Below, piece by piece: positions 26,634-39,609 of a stretch of 64,000 bases of DNA. The stretch's first letter is position 1. Every line of letters begins with the position of its first letter. The notes beneath the pieces were generated by a model. The model did no database searches and had not been told where the DNA came from. It saw only the letters and a program-made list of their open reading frames with translations. The stretch is from Dicyema japonicum. Its lineage: Eukaryota > Animalia > Dicyemida. A program made the position numbers and the translations under genes. Location: assembly GCA_011109175.1 (NCBI GenBank), contig RDEW01000002.1, positions 1,780,111 through 1,844,110 of the forward strand. Reading direction: 5' to 3'.

Positions 26634-28622
26634 ATGCCTCGACAATATTCAGCACATCTTGGAGAATGTTTGATAGGGAATAAGCGTGCAGAAAATAAAA
26701 AAAGAAGAAACAAACACAATTTTGTATTCAATTTATATTAAAAACCAAAGATAACTGTAAATGAAAGTGCTGTTCCTAAATTGACCCCTAAACCAATCCA
26801 AACCTCAATAACTCAACAGTCCGCTTTGGAAGAGTTTGTTACCTTGGCACAACTTGCCAACAAAGATTTTTCAGCGGAGAGACCAGACTATACAATAGTG
26901 GTCCCCACGTCGAGGACAACGATACTTTCAGAAAAACCCGCGAAAATTGATTCAAATTTGAAAAAACTTCTCCGCATTCCTCGTCGCCCTGCTTGGGACA
27001 GAACTTGGAGCGCAGATGAACTCGACATGGTTGAAAGGGAATCTTTCTTAAACTGGCGAAGGGAGCTCTCCCAACTTCACAGCACAGTATCTGTCACTCC
27101 ATACGAACGGAATTTAGAACTCTGGAGACAGCTTTGGCGAGTAGTCGAGAAATCGTAACAAATTTTATCTAACTTAGTCACGTGGTTGTACAGATTGTTG
27201 ACGCCAGGAACCCCCTGCTGTTCAGATGTGAGGATTTGGAGAACTATGTGAAGGAAGTTGATCATAGGAAGGAGTCTTTGTTGCTCATAAACAAGGCTGA
27301 TTTGCTGACTGACCGTCAACGGTTATTTTGTCTTTTATAAAGTAGCCAAATGTGGTATGACTACTTTGATAAGGCTGGGGTTACAGTGTTCTTCTGGTCT
27401 GCCCTGTTTACCATCAATAATAAGCAGGATAAAACTCAGTCTGCCGATTCTCCTGATTCTTACTCCAGTGAGGCCGAGAATATGGGAGATAACTTTGGAA
27501 ATCCCTATAATATGCTGAACGGTGACGTTTCTGATGACGACTGTGATTCCCTTGATGGAGGCTCACAGAATCAGTCTACTGATGACTCATGTTCCTCCCA
27601 AAGTCCTGATAATCAGGTAAGACTGGGAGAGGATTCAGCAACTAAGGCTCATTGGGATGTTCTGAGTGCTGAAGAACTCCTTGTCATTCTGGCTGAGAAA
27701 GCTGAATTGGTTAGGAGTAGGTTTGATCTGATGAGGTCAATTTATGCTGTATTGGAATGGTTGGTTTTTATCCTTACCCCTAGATTGGGTACCCTAACGT
27801 GGGGAAGAGTTCTACAATAAATTCCATCATTTTGAAAAAGAAGACTGCTGTCTCTGCCACACCTGGACGTACTAAGCACTTTCAGGTACAGTTAATTGTT
27901 AATTCAGACTCATTTGTTGAATGTCCATGGTTTCCGTGATATTATGCTGTGTGACTGTCCCGGCCTTGTTATGCCTAATTTTGTAACTGATAAGGCTGAG
28001 TTGGTTCTGTCTTCAGTTCTCCCTCTCCACCAACTGATTGATTACATGGGACCTGCCGTTAAAGTTACAATTCTTTGACATTGTAGGTTATCAGTCGCCT
28101 CTCGTATCAACTTCTTGTAAAGTTCTACAATTTGGTGGCTGAGGAGACCACTGGGTGTGTTAATAAGCAAACTGAGGACTTTTTGGCAGCACTTTGCGGT
28201 TGTTGGTTGGCTTACTTTTAGTTTCCCGTAATTGGATGAGTAAAAGACGTCCTAATATTGCTAAGGGGGCTCTAAGAGTGATCAAAGATTATGCTAATGG
28301 AGAGCTGTTGTACTGTCATCCCCCACCGGACGTATCCTGTGAAGAGTATCGGCCAGTTGAGAGAGTGAGTGAACGACTGAAGAACGTGAAAGTAAGGACA
28401 AAGGTGGAGGATACTGCTACAAAATGTGGATTGGTCAATGATTTTGACAAAATCTTCTTTTCGGGGAAACTATCTAAGGGATATGGCCTATGCAGAGAGA
28501 ATCCAATGCAGAGGTGTTCATCGTCTGTCTGTAATGAGAATGTCCATAAACCATGGAGACAGAAGACTAGGATTCCTCGTAGAAAGTTGAGAAATGTATA
28601 TGCCCATTTGGATAAAATGTGA
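26634..28622 (+). CDS. LSG1: Large subunit GTPase 1 (60S ribosome export/maturation), multi-exon
   Basis: LRIPRRPAW, TPYERNLELWRQLWRVVEKS, VVQIVDARNPLLF, INKADLL, GYPNVGKSSTINS, SATPGRTKHFQT, LCDCPGLVMP, LLYCHPPP. Confidence 0.97.
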
Positions 28623-29423
28623 TTTTTTTATTTTTCAATTATTTTATTATTTAGTGGCTTTGTTTTATATGGGAAGAAAATTAAATTTTTGATCTCATTT
28701 TTTTCACGGGAATACTTGAGTTAGATGCGCAAGAAACTACCAAAAGGGCAATAATTTTTATTAAACTCGTACTTTGGCGTGTAGTTCTCACAGTGAGACT
28801 ACAATGTCACACACTAGTCCATTCAGAATCTGTGGAAAAAAGGAAGCAATAGGTCTTGAAGTTGTGTAAGTACTCCAATATATTAGGGAAAACAAAAGAT
28901 CCTTTTTTCGTGCCATCTTAGAACTGGGCGTCACCTTAGATTAGTTGATCACCTGATTCCTGTCTAACAAAGTGAGGGGAAATAAGGAAAAGGAAGGAAC
29001 TGAAGAGAGGGAACAGATATACTCGCTACGGAGATAGAGATGATTTTCATTGATAATATGTAGACTTTTTTTTATATAAAATCATGTTAAAATTGTTCCA
29101 TCCTATTTTATTTGAAACAAAGGCCATACCTTGTTTATTATGAAAGACACTAATTTGGTCTCACTTGTATTAAAAACTAATAAATATTTTTTATTATCAC
29201 ATGCGTAAGAAATGCATAGTTTAATGTATTTTTGCATATAGTAGTGGAAATAGTTATACCAAATTAATGAAGGATTATGGATATTTACTCCCGATTGACT
29301 AAGAGAAAATTTTTAAGGAGAATATAACTCAGTGTTAAATCCCACAATAAAAAAGAATGAATTAAAATTGTTTAAATGATGCAATAAATTCAAAATTAGC
29401 ACATTATATTCGACGTGGTCAAT

Positions 29424-31842
29424 ATGGAAGAATCAACAAGTGAGACCAAATTAGGTGGCATTTTAAAGGAATCTGTTACTGATATTGATGAAGCCATAGT
29501 AGACTACCTAATAGGTATTAATCATTACAACACCAGACTATTTGATCGACTCTCGCTCGGAATTTGAAAACTCAGAATCTCTCGCTGATGCCATTTCCCC
29601 GTTTATAGGCGATTATTTGTGTGACTCCGAGCTGAATGCACTATCCACAGCTCTATATAACTGTCTAGTCTGGTCGATTGGGGATATATCTTTAGTGATG
29701 CGGGGAGACAGACTATCGAAGAGAGTGTAAGAGTGCTGGACAACCCTGAATGCATAGAGGACGCCGCTGGGGACGATTTGGTGGAAAAAACGACATTCGA
29801 GGACCGAATGAAAGTAGTTTAGTATTAATTAGTCAGGCTTATGACAACAAGAAGCTCGACAAAGTCAACGAAAAAAGGGCCCATAAATTAAATGAGCGGG
29901 CTTTTTCGGAGGTTTACAAGCAGGCGCGGGCACTACAGACGACCGAATCGCCCACTGTGGTGCAGCAAGACCACGTGCCTGTCAGTGGGGGCGATATTAT
30001 TGTGCAAAACTTTGATTTGTACTATGGCAGCAAGTTTAATCAATTTTTAAAGCAGTGTGCTCCTGCTCGGATGTACTATTCTGTTGAGTCGGGGGAAGAG
30101 ATACGGCCTCGTGGGGAGAAATGGGGTTGGAAAGACAACGTTGATGAAATCTCTGGCAAAGTTGGCGAGAAAATATCAATTTAGTCGAGAATTGATCTTT
30201 TCTGCCGCTATAAGTATCCTGTATGTGGAACAGGAGGTTTCGGGGGATGATACTAGCGTCCTCGACTGTGTTCTAATGGCGGACGAGGAGAGAAGCTCTT
30301 TGATGACTAGATGGGAGAGTCTAAGATCCCAGCTAGAGGGAGCTTGGTTAGTAGTACAGATTATTCCAGTACACCAGCCCAGGAGGCTAAAATTACGCGG
30401 GAACTTTCGGAAATTGAAGAGAATCTGGCAGGAATTGGCGCCTATTCTGCGCCCTCCCAGGCAGCAACAATTCTGTCTGGCTTGGGATTCACCTTTAATG
30501 ACCAAAAGAGGTCGACTAAAGAGTTTTCAGGAGGCTGGCGAATGAGGGTGGCCTTGGCTCGGGCTCTGTTTGTAAAGTAAGTAGCTTTATTCTCAGTCTA
30601 GGCCGGATTTGCTGCTTTTGGATGGTTGGGTGGACTGTTTAATGTAGAACCTACCAATATGCTTGATTTGAGAGCAGTTATCTGGCTGGAGGACTATTTA
30701 AACAACTGGCCGACCACTCTGTTCGTCATATCCCACGACAGAAGCTTCCTAGACCACGTGGCCACTGATATATACCTAATGCAGGACACCTGGGTGCGAC
30801 ACTACAAGGGAAATTATGAAACTTTCAGAATTTCCCGCCAAAACGAATTGGTTAACCAACAAAAAGAGTTTGAGTCGCAACAGGCTGTGCGAAAGTCTGC
30901 CCAGGTTGTGTGTCTCTAAATGTAGGAATTCATCGACCGATTCCGCTATAATGCTAAACGTGCTTCCTTGGTCCAAAGTAAGATTAAAATGCTACAAAAA
31001 ATGTGACTTTGGTGGTTTATTTCAGGACTTTTGTTCCTCCTGTGGAGAAAGAGGCTGCAGTGGTGTTTAAATTTCCAATAATTCCCGCTTCTTCTCAGAG
31101 TGTGATTGAGTTTAAAGATGTTTGTTTCTCTTACGGAGGCAAGTCAATATTTGATGGGGTATCCTTCGATATTTCCATGACGAGTCGTGTCTGCATAGTA
31201 TTTTGTGGGAGTTACATTTGGTGGGTGACAACGGATCTGGCAAATCTACGCTTCTCAAAATGGTGATTGGACAATTGAAGCCTACTTTGGGGGAAGTTAT
31301 TGTGAATAGGGGACTGAGGATTGGTTATTTTAGTCAGCACCACGTGGATCAGCTGGATTATTCGCTGAGTCCCATAGAAGTGATGCACTCCCGACTTCCA
31401 GGTATTCAGGTAGTTGACATTCAGGTCAAACTGTTGAGTTTTACCGCTCAAAACTGGGTTGTTTTGGAATCAGCGGTCCCCTTGCTCTGAGACAGATGAA
31501 GACGCTCAGTGGGGGACAAAAAAGTCGTGTCGCCTTCGCCGTGTTGTGTCTTACAAAGTTGCCTAGTTTGTAATTTTAGTCCAAACTTCATTGTATTGGA
31601 CGAACCAACGAATCACATGGATGTGGAGTCTGTTGATGCTATTGGGCGAGCTATTTCTGCTTATAAGGTGTACTGTGTTGGTATTTTAGGGGGGAGTTGT
31701 TGTTGTGTCCCACGACGGTCATCTGTTGGATACTGTGTGCACGGATTTGTGGCTTGTTGGCAATGGAAGAGTCAGAGTGGTTAGTGAAGGATTTGCAGCC
31801 TATAGAAAATCACTGGAGAATGAAATTAGTGGTAATTTGTGA
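29424..31842 (+). CDS. ABCF3: ABC-F family ATPase (ABCF3/GCN20), many micro-introns
   Basis: N-terminal DEAIVDYL, GRNGVGKTT, FSGGWRMRVALARALF, DEPTNMLD, GDNGSGKST, LSGGQKSRVAF, LDEPTNHMD. Confidence 0.95.
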
Positions 31843-32499
31843 TTATTTTCTTTTTAAATTATTTTATCGTTTCTTGCTTTATAGTAAATTCTACTCCCAT
31901 AAATTAGATATTGAGGGCTATTGTATTACTCCCTATGGAATGTGAGGGAGATCTGTTCAAATAGTCACAGTGCTTGCGAAGGTCTCTGGGTGGGCTGCGA
32001 TTAGGTTTCCGAGTTTTTTGATGAAGGTGTAGGAGGAGTGTTTCCACACAGATTAGATTAAGCTCTATGTGATCCAGAATGAGGTAAACATGATCTTTTC
32101 CACGAATCCAAGTAAGGGACATGGAAGGTAGGTCTCCATGTTATAAGAGGCCAAGCTAGTGACTCTTGATAAATCATGTATGTAAAACCCAAGAAGCTAA
32201 TTGAGGGGCATTACTCTCCTCTCGTTTAGTGTCAGGGGGCTTCCAATGTATGGAATAGACAAACCTTGTGCGAAGACGTGGAGGAATACAAAGTGGATGC
32301 CCAGGAGACTAATGGATTTGAAGAGCGTCGTAAAGATTATCATCTAATCTTTTTGCCTAGTGAAGTATCTCTATGTGGTCAGGTCACAGTACGAGTTCTG
32401 ACGGTAAGTAACCAAAATATTTTGCCAAATTGACTTGATTGTAGCTAATGCTTGTTCACGTGGTGGATTGATGGAAGCCACCATAATCTGGTCGTTGCT

Positions 32500-33530
32500 A
32501 AACTTTCATTAAAAAAGCATCCACCCTTGCTAAGAACGAAAGGGAAACGTTAAAATACGCAGAACCACATTTTGACATTGTAATCTGGACAGTTTAAAGG
32601 ACGTCATCAACCGTGGCTCTGGAAGTATCTTCACCGGGAGTCAAAAGGTCATAGAGAACGTGAAAGACAACAGAAAGTTTCACTAAGCTGTACGGGTACT
32701 CCATGGTCGTTTGTATAGATCTTCAAGGATGGGAGACATATTGCCGATCAAAATGAGATAGTGGAAATCATAGCAAACCATTTCAAGAAGCTATATTGGA
32801 TGGCTTTGTGGTTATCCCATTTATCTCTGAAAGGTGTGATCTGGAGAGACAATAACCCCAAGAAGTTCAACTGGCATACACACGACTTAAGAATGACAAC
32901 TTTTTAAACACGGGACGTAGAATATCGCCAGAATTCTGAACGATACAAGAGGACGCTTCCGCTGAAGGACACTAGCATCCAGTGGCTTTTTAGGGAAGAT
33001 CTATGCCGGATGCTGTGGAGGCATAAATGGAGATTCGCAACTAGCTATTTAAAACGGAGACACAAAAGAATTCTATCAGATACGGAGCTCTTGGTCAGAG
33101 TTGAGAAAGTATCTTCAAAATTATTCAAAACAATAACGGGGACCCACAAGAAGACCCTCGATCTCCCACGTTATTTATTAGGAATCAGCACTCGTGGAAC
33201 TGAAACCTCAAGGGAGATTAGACGTTGTAGTTTATGGGAACGATCCAGAATTTGTCTCCGGAGACAGGGAAGCCCTCACAATTAATGAGTGACACATGTC
33301 TGGATGGTTTTTTACGGTCAACGTGGACAAACCGGAAGTGTCCGAACTCAGAAGAGAATCAAGGACTAACGAAATCTGGTGAAAACCAGAAGTTAGGCAT
33401 CCGGTACCTTTCTGGATGATGAATTCGTTCGTATTGGGACCTCATTTCGACTCGGATTGAAAGTCCATGCTGATGCGGGGACCAGATTGACTGCTTTGGC
33501 CTTCCTACAGGAAGACTGCAGACAAATCCC
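32500..33530 (+). mobile_element. Highly degenerate RTE-like LINE fragment
   Basis: RT-like remnants (DGRHIADQNEIVEIIANHF; late W-rich C-terminus) with many stops. Confidence 0.5.
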
Positions 33531-33536
33531 CTAGAC

Positions 33537-35236
33537 CAGTGGTTCCCATCCTTTTTGAGAGCACGGAACCCTTGTATAGTTTTTAACAATTATCAGTATT
33601 TTACAAATATAAAAAAATAAAATGCTAGTTAGTGAGATTGTTGAGGCTGATGTCTCTTGCATAGCTCTGTAATATTTGGTCTCGTCCTTGACAGGGATAA
33701 ACGTAGGTCTTCTTCCACATACAGTAGGTTCGCACGTTTTTATGCTTTATATTTGTTAATTCAGAAAATCCACTTTCACAGAGATAAGTCGTTGAAAACT
33801 GTACCAAAACTCTTAAAGCTTTGTTCGTCAGAATAGGATCAATACCAAGCTGTAAATATTCCATTTTTAACGTTCTGTCACTTGAAACAAACGCAAGTTC
33901 TTCCTCTTTTAATGATAGCTCGTTTCCAGTTATTTCGTACTCAGCAAAAGGATTCCTCACCCAATCATAGAGTTCAACTGATATGGGTAAAAAATAATTA
34001 TTCGTACATGTAAATAGTGACTCCAAATGGTCTACAGTTTGTGGAACAATTTTTTTAAATTTCTTTTTTTTCAATTGGGGGAACATTTCCAAGTTTCCAT
34101 GCGTGATGTGTCGTTTCCATATTTGTAGTTTTTTTAGAAAAGCAGCTATTTTGTTCGCGCAACTCAATAGGTTTTCATTTCTCCCTTGCAACTATGAGAA
34201 CATTGAGTTCATGAAAAATATCGACGAGGTATGCTAATTTGCAACACCAACATTCATCATGGAGGCATTCAATAAAGTCATCCAACTTCTCTTGTATACA
34301 AAAAGCCAACAATTCGTGTCTTAGTTCATAGAAACGAATTAACATGCTTCCCTGAGTCATCTACTTCAGTAGGCAAAATCAACTGAATGTTCTGCATTTT
34401 CACAATTTTTTGAGAACTGTCGCAATTTCAACGATTCATTTTTATGTAATTAATTATTTTTGGAACCATGTCCAAGCACTCAAAATATGATTTTATAAGA
34501 TTGAAGATGTTGTTCCGAGCAACTCTTTGCAGCAAAGAAAATCTTCAGCAATGAATTCATCGATCATATATCCAACGAAAACAAGGAGTCTTCCTGTAAT
34601 ATCTGAGCTTTCATTTACTTGAAGCGCAAAAAACAGAGATTTTTTATTCGCTTAACCAAAGTGGTTTTAATGTCATCAGACATATCCTTGATGCGTCTGC
34701 TCACAGAATTCTTAGAAATGGGAATTAAGTCGAGCTCAGCGGCAGCAATTTCTCCGAACAGTATCTTCACTACTTTTTTGTTTGCAGGTAAAATAACAGT
34801 TTCGGCGAGAGTATGTGATTTCAATTTTAGCGGCAATCTCAGCAACAGCATAACTAGCATGCAGTGCTTTTTCGTTTATTTTGAATTTTTCTGTAAAACG
34901 GGATGCTTGAACTTTATTTCCCCCATAAAATATTCTTTTTTTGAAAGTACAGGGTGTTTGGTGGCGAAATGACGTCTAAGTTTCTTGGAACCATAGCACT
35001 ATTCGCACGTTTTTCACCGCAGACAACACAAAGTGGTAGAGGGCAATCCATGTCTCCAGTCCACGTGAAACCAAAGGCAATATAACTTTCTCGATACAAT
35101 CGAACTTTAAGATATGCTGTCACAAAACTCCATTTAGACACACGCAAATTAAATTAATTCGTTTTAAAAAATTATTCTTTTGAAAAAATAATAAAAATTT
35201 TTTTGAACTTTGCGGAACCCAGGTTGGGAAACACTG
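33537..35236 (-). mobile_element. hAT Charlie/Buster (ZBED5/SCAND3-like) DNA transposon, frameshifted transposase
   Basis: TIRs CAGTG(G/T)TTCCCA(T/A)CCT; TSD CCCTAGAC/TCCTAGAC; YIAFGFTW..PLCVVCGE, HTLAETVILPA, KLAYLVDIF, FSTTYLCESGFS. Confidence 0.92.
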
Positions 35237-36512
35237 TCCTAGACAATGGCCCTGAAAGAAGTCGTTAGACGAGCTTTGGATGCTAACGGACACCCTTCTA
35301 TGCTCGAACTAGTTGATCTCATCAGGTTGCAGGAAAAGACCCAATGGATGACCATCATCCTTCTTGAAGTCGGAAAACCTCTTCTCTTGGACGAGGTATC
35401 GACATATTCGTGCCTATCAACCTACTTCAGAGTACTGATAGAGTCTGCTCGGTCGCTATAAATTTAAATTCCTCGGCCTGGGAGAGCCAAAAGATGTCGA
35501 ACTGATAAATATGGTCCACAGAGATCATCAGAGATACTTTTTAGTGGTGGTAGAAACTCTCTATTACTCTTGGTATCGGGGGTACCATTGGATTTGTGCA
35601 CTGTTATGGGCACGAATTGTCTACGTTGTTTCACGACGGCTCAAAGTCATCGTCTTCTTTCCACTCGAGGTTTGAACTAAAGGATCGTTGAATATACCAA
35701 GGATCCGAGTTGGATCCTGTCTGCCACAAAATTGAAGACTCAAATTATTTTTTGAAAGTTGTGTGAGATACGTTTGAATTCACAGAACAGAAGATCTCTG
35801 ATATAATGATGTCACGTGTGTTCTCTGCCTCTGTTTGTCTTCATCAGCCTGTATGGATTGTCTAGTTGAATAGTCATACTTGTGAAATCACGTGTCACTT
35901 CATATCGCCTTGTCTGGAAGTTTGTGAAGCTCACCAATGCGGGAGATGATTGATAGGAGAGGAATACAGACTATCTTCTGCAAGAAGAGCAGGAGATGAT
36001 AGTATTAAACGTGGTCTTGAAGAGTTGGTTTCCTTTCCATCGTCGAAGCTGTTGGATTTGATCGAGGAGGTTGAGAAGATGACTTGGAATTACGATCTTC
36101 CCATTTACCAGAGGACGCTTTCATGTATTGGAAGTGACCTGTGTTGATACTTCTTCCTCGACAATTTCTGCTACAAACTCAGACCATCTTCCCCCCGATT
36201 CTGCCGAACGGATGAAGCTGGCCAAATATCCTAGAGACCGTTTCGTTTCGTCCCAATCGCTTTTGAGAATTCGGATGTGGCCTGTTCTGTCGCAAGAGGT
36301 GTTCTCAAGTGATTGGAGACGCGATCTCGTCAAGGATTGGAGATCCTGAGCAGTGTTGTTCCGCAAACGTCTCGGAATTGCCAGCGTTTGCGGAATGCTC
36401 ACTGTCTATTGGGAGTTGCTGCATTAGGATGAGCATCCTTAGCCGGTCCCTTGCGATAAGGGGGAATAATTCAGAGACATTTATGAGTGATTAGTACGAT
36501 CAGTAGAATATG

Positions 36513-38189
36513 TTAAATTTCCGGATGTCCTCGGGTTCCGAATTGACTGGTGAATTGACTAACTCGTTCAGCCACGGATTTGATTCCCTCGTCCTGTTCG
36601 ATCTCTTCTATATATTGACTTATACTCCCTATTCCCTTATAATTAGGCAACAACCAGTGGAAGACGAGATCCTCAATCCGATCGTAAAGGCCTCGTGTAA
36701 AAATTTACCAATTTCCTGCATATCACTGGTTTTCATTCCACGTGACGTTACCGCGGGAGTACCTAGCATTAAATATAACAAAATACCGATTCGAACTCCC
36801 CCGGGGTTGGATGAATCCTCGTCGTAAGGGATGGATATTCTGTTGAGGATGATCCCCACGTTTTCGCAGGCAATTTGAGCCCGGTATCCGTCAAGTCCGG
36901 ATGCCCTCGTGTTCACAAGAAACACGTGATTATCAGTTCCCCCTAAAGGATCGAGTATATTGAACTAACCTGAAACTATTGCGTGGTTGAAGGATTGGAG
37001 ACACGACACCAACTCCTTTGCATTCGCAATAATCTGTGCTTGGTATTCTCTGTATTCGGGAGTCATTGCCTGCAAGTAAAGGGATCCGCTGACCTCTTTG
37101 ATAGCCACAGCCAGTGCCCCGATTATATGCATATGAACAGCCCCTGAAAGCACGGAAAAACGGAAGAATCTATCGCTGCCGGCAAATCAACACTGCCGTT
37201 ATTTTTTCTCGAAAAAATAATCCCAGATCTTATAATGAGGGAGTTCATTAACCTGGGACCGCGGAAAGACTTGTGTGTTGTGGAAGTGACCACATCAGCA
37301 TAATGAAAGGGACTGGGGATAACTTTTCCGGCCACCAAACCAGAAATGTGGGCCATATCAGCCAACAAATACGCCCCCACATCATCACAGATCTTAAATA
37401 TAACTCCCTCTACCACCTGTCGGAATCTTTGGTAGTCTAAGAGTCTGGAATAAAACGATGTCCCGGCTATAATAATTTTAGGACGAAATAGTTTGGCGAC
37501 CCTCTCCAACTCGTCATAGTCAATGAGCATCGTGTCTTTCTGGGATTAAACGCCGATTTACATTTAGTGTGTAATCCAAGCATTCGAAATATCTTGAGGC
37601 CGCGGATATTTTCTCTTTGTCCGTCTTATAGCCGTGGGTAAAGCTGGTGGCATAAATGAGGGAACTTACTGTCCACCCTGTCTGTAGTCAAGTCCCATGA
37701 TTCGATCACGTGGATTGGCGAGGGCAGAAAAGGCTTGCAAGTTCGCGGGACTTCCAGAAAGCGATTGCACATTCACGGACCATTCGTCTTCCTTCAAGTC
37801 GAACAATTCAAGGGCACGTGCTTGGCAAAGTCTCTCTACCTTGTCCATTACTTGGGAACCCCCATAATATCTAAATGTCTTAAACCCTTACCTGGCTCCT
37901 GGGTATCCCTCAGTCATTTTATTGTTGAGACAGGAAGAGTTAACCTCAGCGACTGCACAACTAGAAAAGTTCTGCGGATTACGGTCATCGAATACCTCGG
38001 AAGCGATGAGATTGATGTTATCCCTTTGACGTTGTCTTTCTAATTTTAATAATTCATATATTTCGGGGTCAGTTTTCTGAAGAGCCGACGTGCCCAATAA
38101 ACTGCTAAGACTTCTGCTGGAATCAGGATTATAGGTTTGTCTCAAAAGGGAACTATTTTTAAGGTTGTGGTAATTAATCGGTAAATCAT
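36513..38189 (-). CDS. SHMT2: Serine hydroxymethyltransferase, probably mitochondrial (presequence-like N-terminus); two 1-nt frameshifts in the assembly
   Basis: [74 protein letters not shown]; about 10 introns of 21-26 nt. Confidence 0.95.
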
Positions 38190-38845
38190 TTTATTTATTT
38201 AAAAATATTATTATTAATAAAAAATAAAATTAATAAAATTAGTAAATAATATTTATTAAACTATAAATTGGCTTAATTCTTAGAATAACAATAAATTGTT
38301 AGATTGGCTGACGATTGTGATGTCTTTAAGGCGATATATCCAACTGTGGGAAGTTGTGTATTGATTTGGTAAATGTAACCACAAATTAGTGAGTATACGC
38401 CCTAATCCGCAAATTATCAAAATATTAAAAAAATAAAAATTTAAAACAATCCCCACAAATTTTACGGATTTCCTTACTATGGCATGTCCCGTACAGGAAT
38501 CATATGAAATTAATCTCATGGCACGTGCTAGCTCTTGCTTAGGATTCTACTGACACAAATTAATTTAATTTCCACCGGAGATACCGAGTTTGAGAGTGAC
38601 GACTAATTAAGTTCATCCATGATCCCAGAGATAAGTCTATCGAGAACCACAATTGTGTAACCTCTCCAGGAAATAACCCAGTGGAGTAAGGAAGGCAAAT
38701 GATCCCTTTACGTCGTCCTGTCATTGGGGGCTTCCTGAGACTGGTGGATCACTGACGCCAGGCTAATCGAATGAAGGAAGAAATTGACAAGAGAGGATAC
38801 TTAGATGAATGAAAATGAAATTAGCATTTTATTAAAAATGGGGGA

Positions 38846-39540
38846 TTAAATTACTTTTACTTTAATCATCAACGAGTCCCCCACCAAATACTGACTACCA
38901 TACAAATATTCAATCGAGATAAACCTAGGGAACCCTACTGATTATATGATCTAACAACCAAATGAAGGGTTTCTCTGTGTCTTCGGCTTTCCCAGAAAAC
39001 TCAAATTATCCGTATAATTTGGCCTCAGCTGTTTCGTCCAATCTCCCAGCTCACTTTCCCCCCTATTTTGATTTAGGAGGGAGATTTCTATCATTTTTTT
39101 GAACGGCCATTCGTTTAGGTTATCGTATTCGCTCGACAAAACTGATATAAAAATGGAAACAAATTTCCCCGAGACTTAACCTGATAATAAGGCATACCGC
39201 TGATGTCCCCGTTTGGACAAATCATAAGTTGGAGTTTGTAGCCGAAAGGATGGGAATAAAAATGGGGACTCTGCAAAATTTGGTTGCTACTACGTTTGGT
39301 AGAGAAATGTTCGATTTTGTGGATGAATTGGAAGTCGTTTAAGTTTCTCCCGATTTTTTCGCTGTTTTCGGATATCTGAATCATTATTTAATCAACTTCA
39401 GTGAGATCGTCCTCCATTTTGGATGTCATGTCCATTAGTTCGTCTATTTTGCAGTCCAGTCGAATAAAGTCGTCAAACTCTGACATTTTGTCATCTGCGC
39501 ATTTTTTTATATGAAGTATTATTATCGGAGAAAATGCCAT
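38846..39540 (-). CDS. TRAF-like protein: short coiled coil plus MATH domain, no RING
   Basis: FIHKIEHF, SPHFYSHPFGYKLQLMICPNG, VSIFISVLSSEYDNLNEWPF, FGFPRFI...YLVGDSLMIKVKV after removing 21-, 23- and 24-nt introns. Confidence 0.85.
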
Positions 39541-39609
39541 TCTAATCGCCCGGGGGACGAATATAAGTGATTTATTATTTTGCTGGGAAAATATTGATAT
39601 GCTTCATTT

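Noticed and set aside
35700-36450. ORF 36121-36402 and neighbours downstream of SHMT
   Set aside because: No recognisable domain; probably decayed mobile DNA
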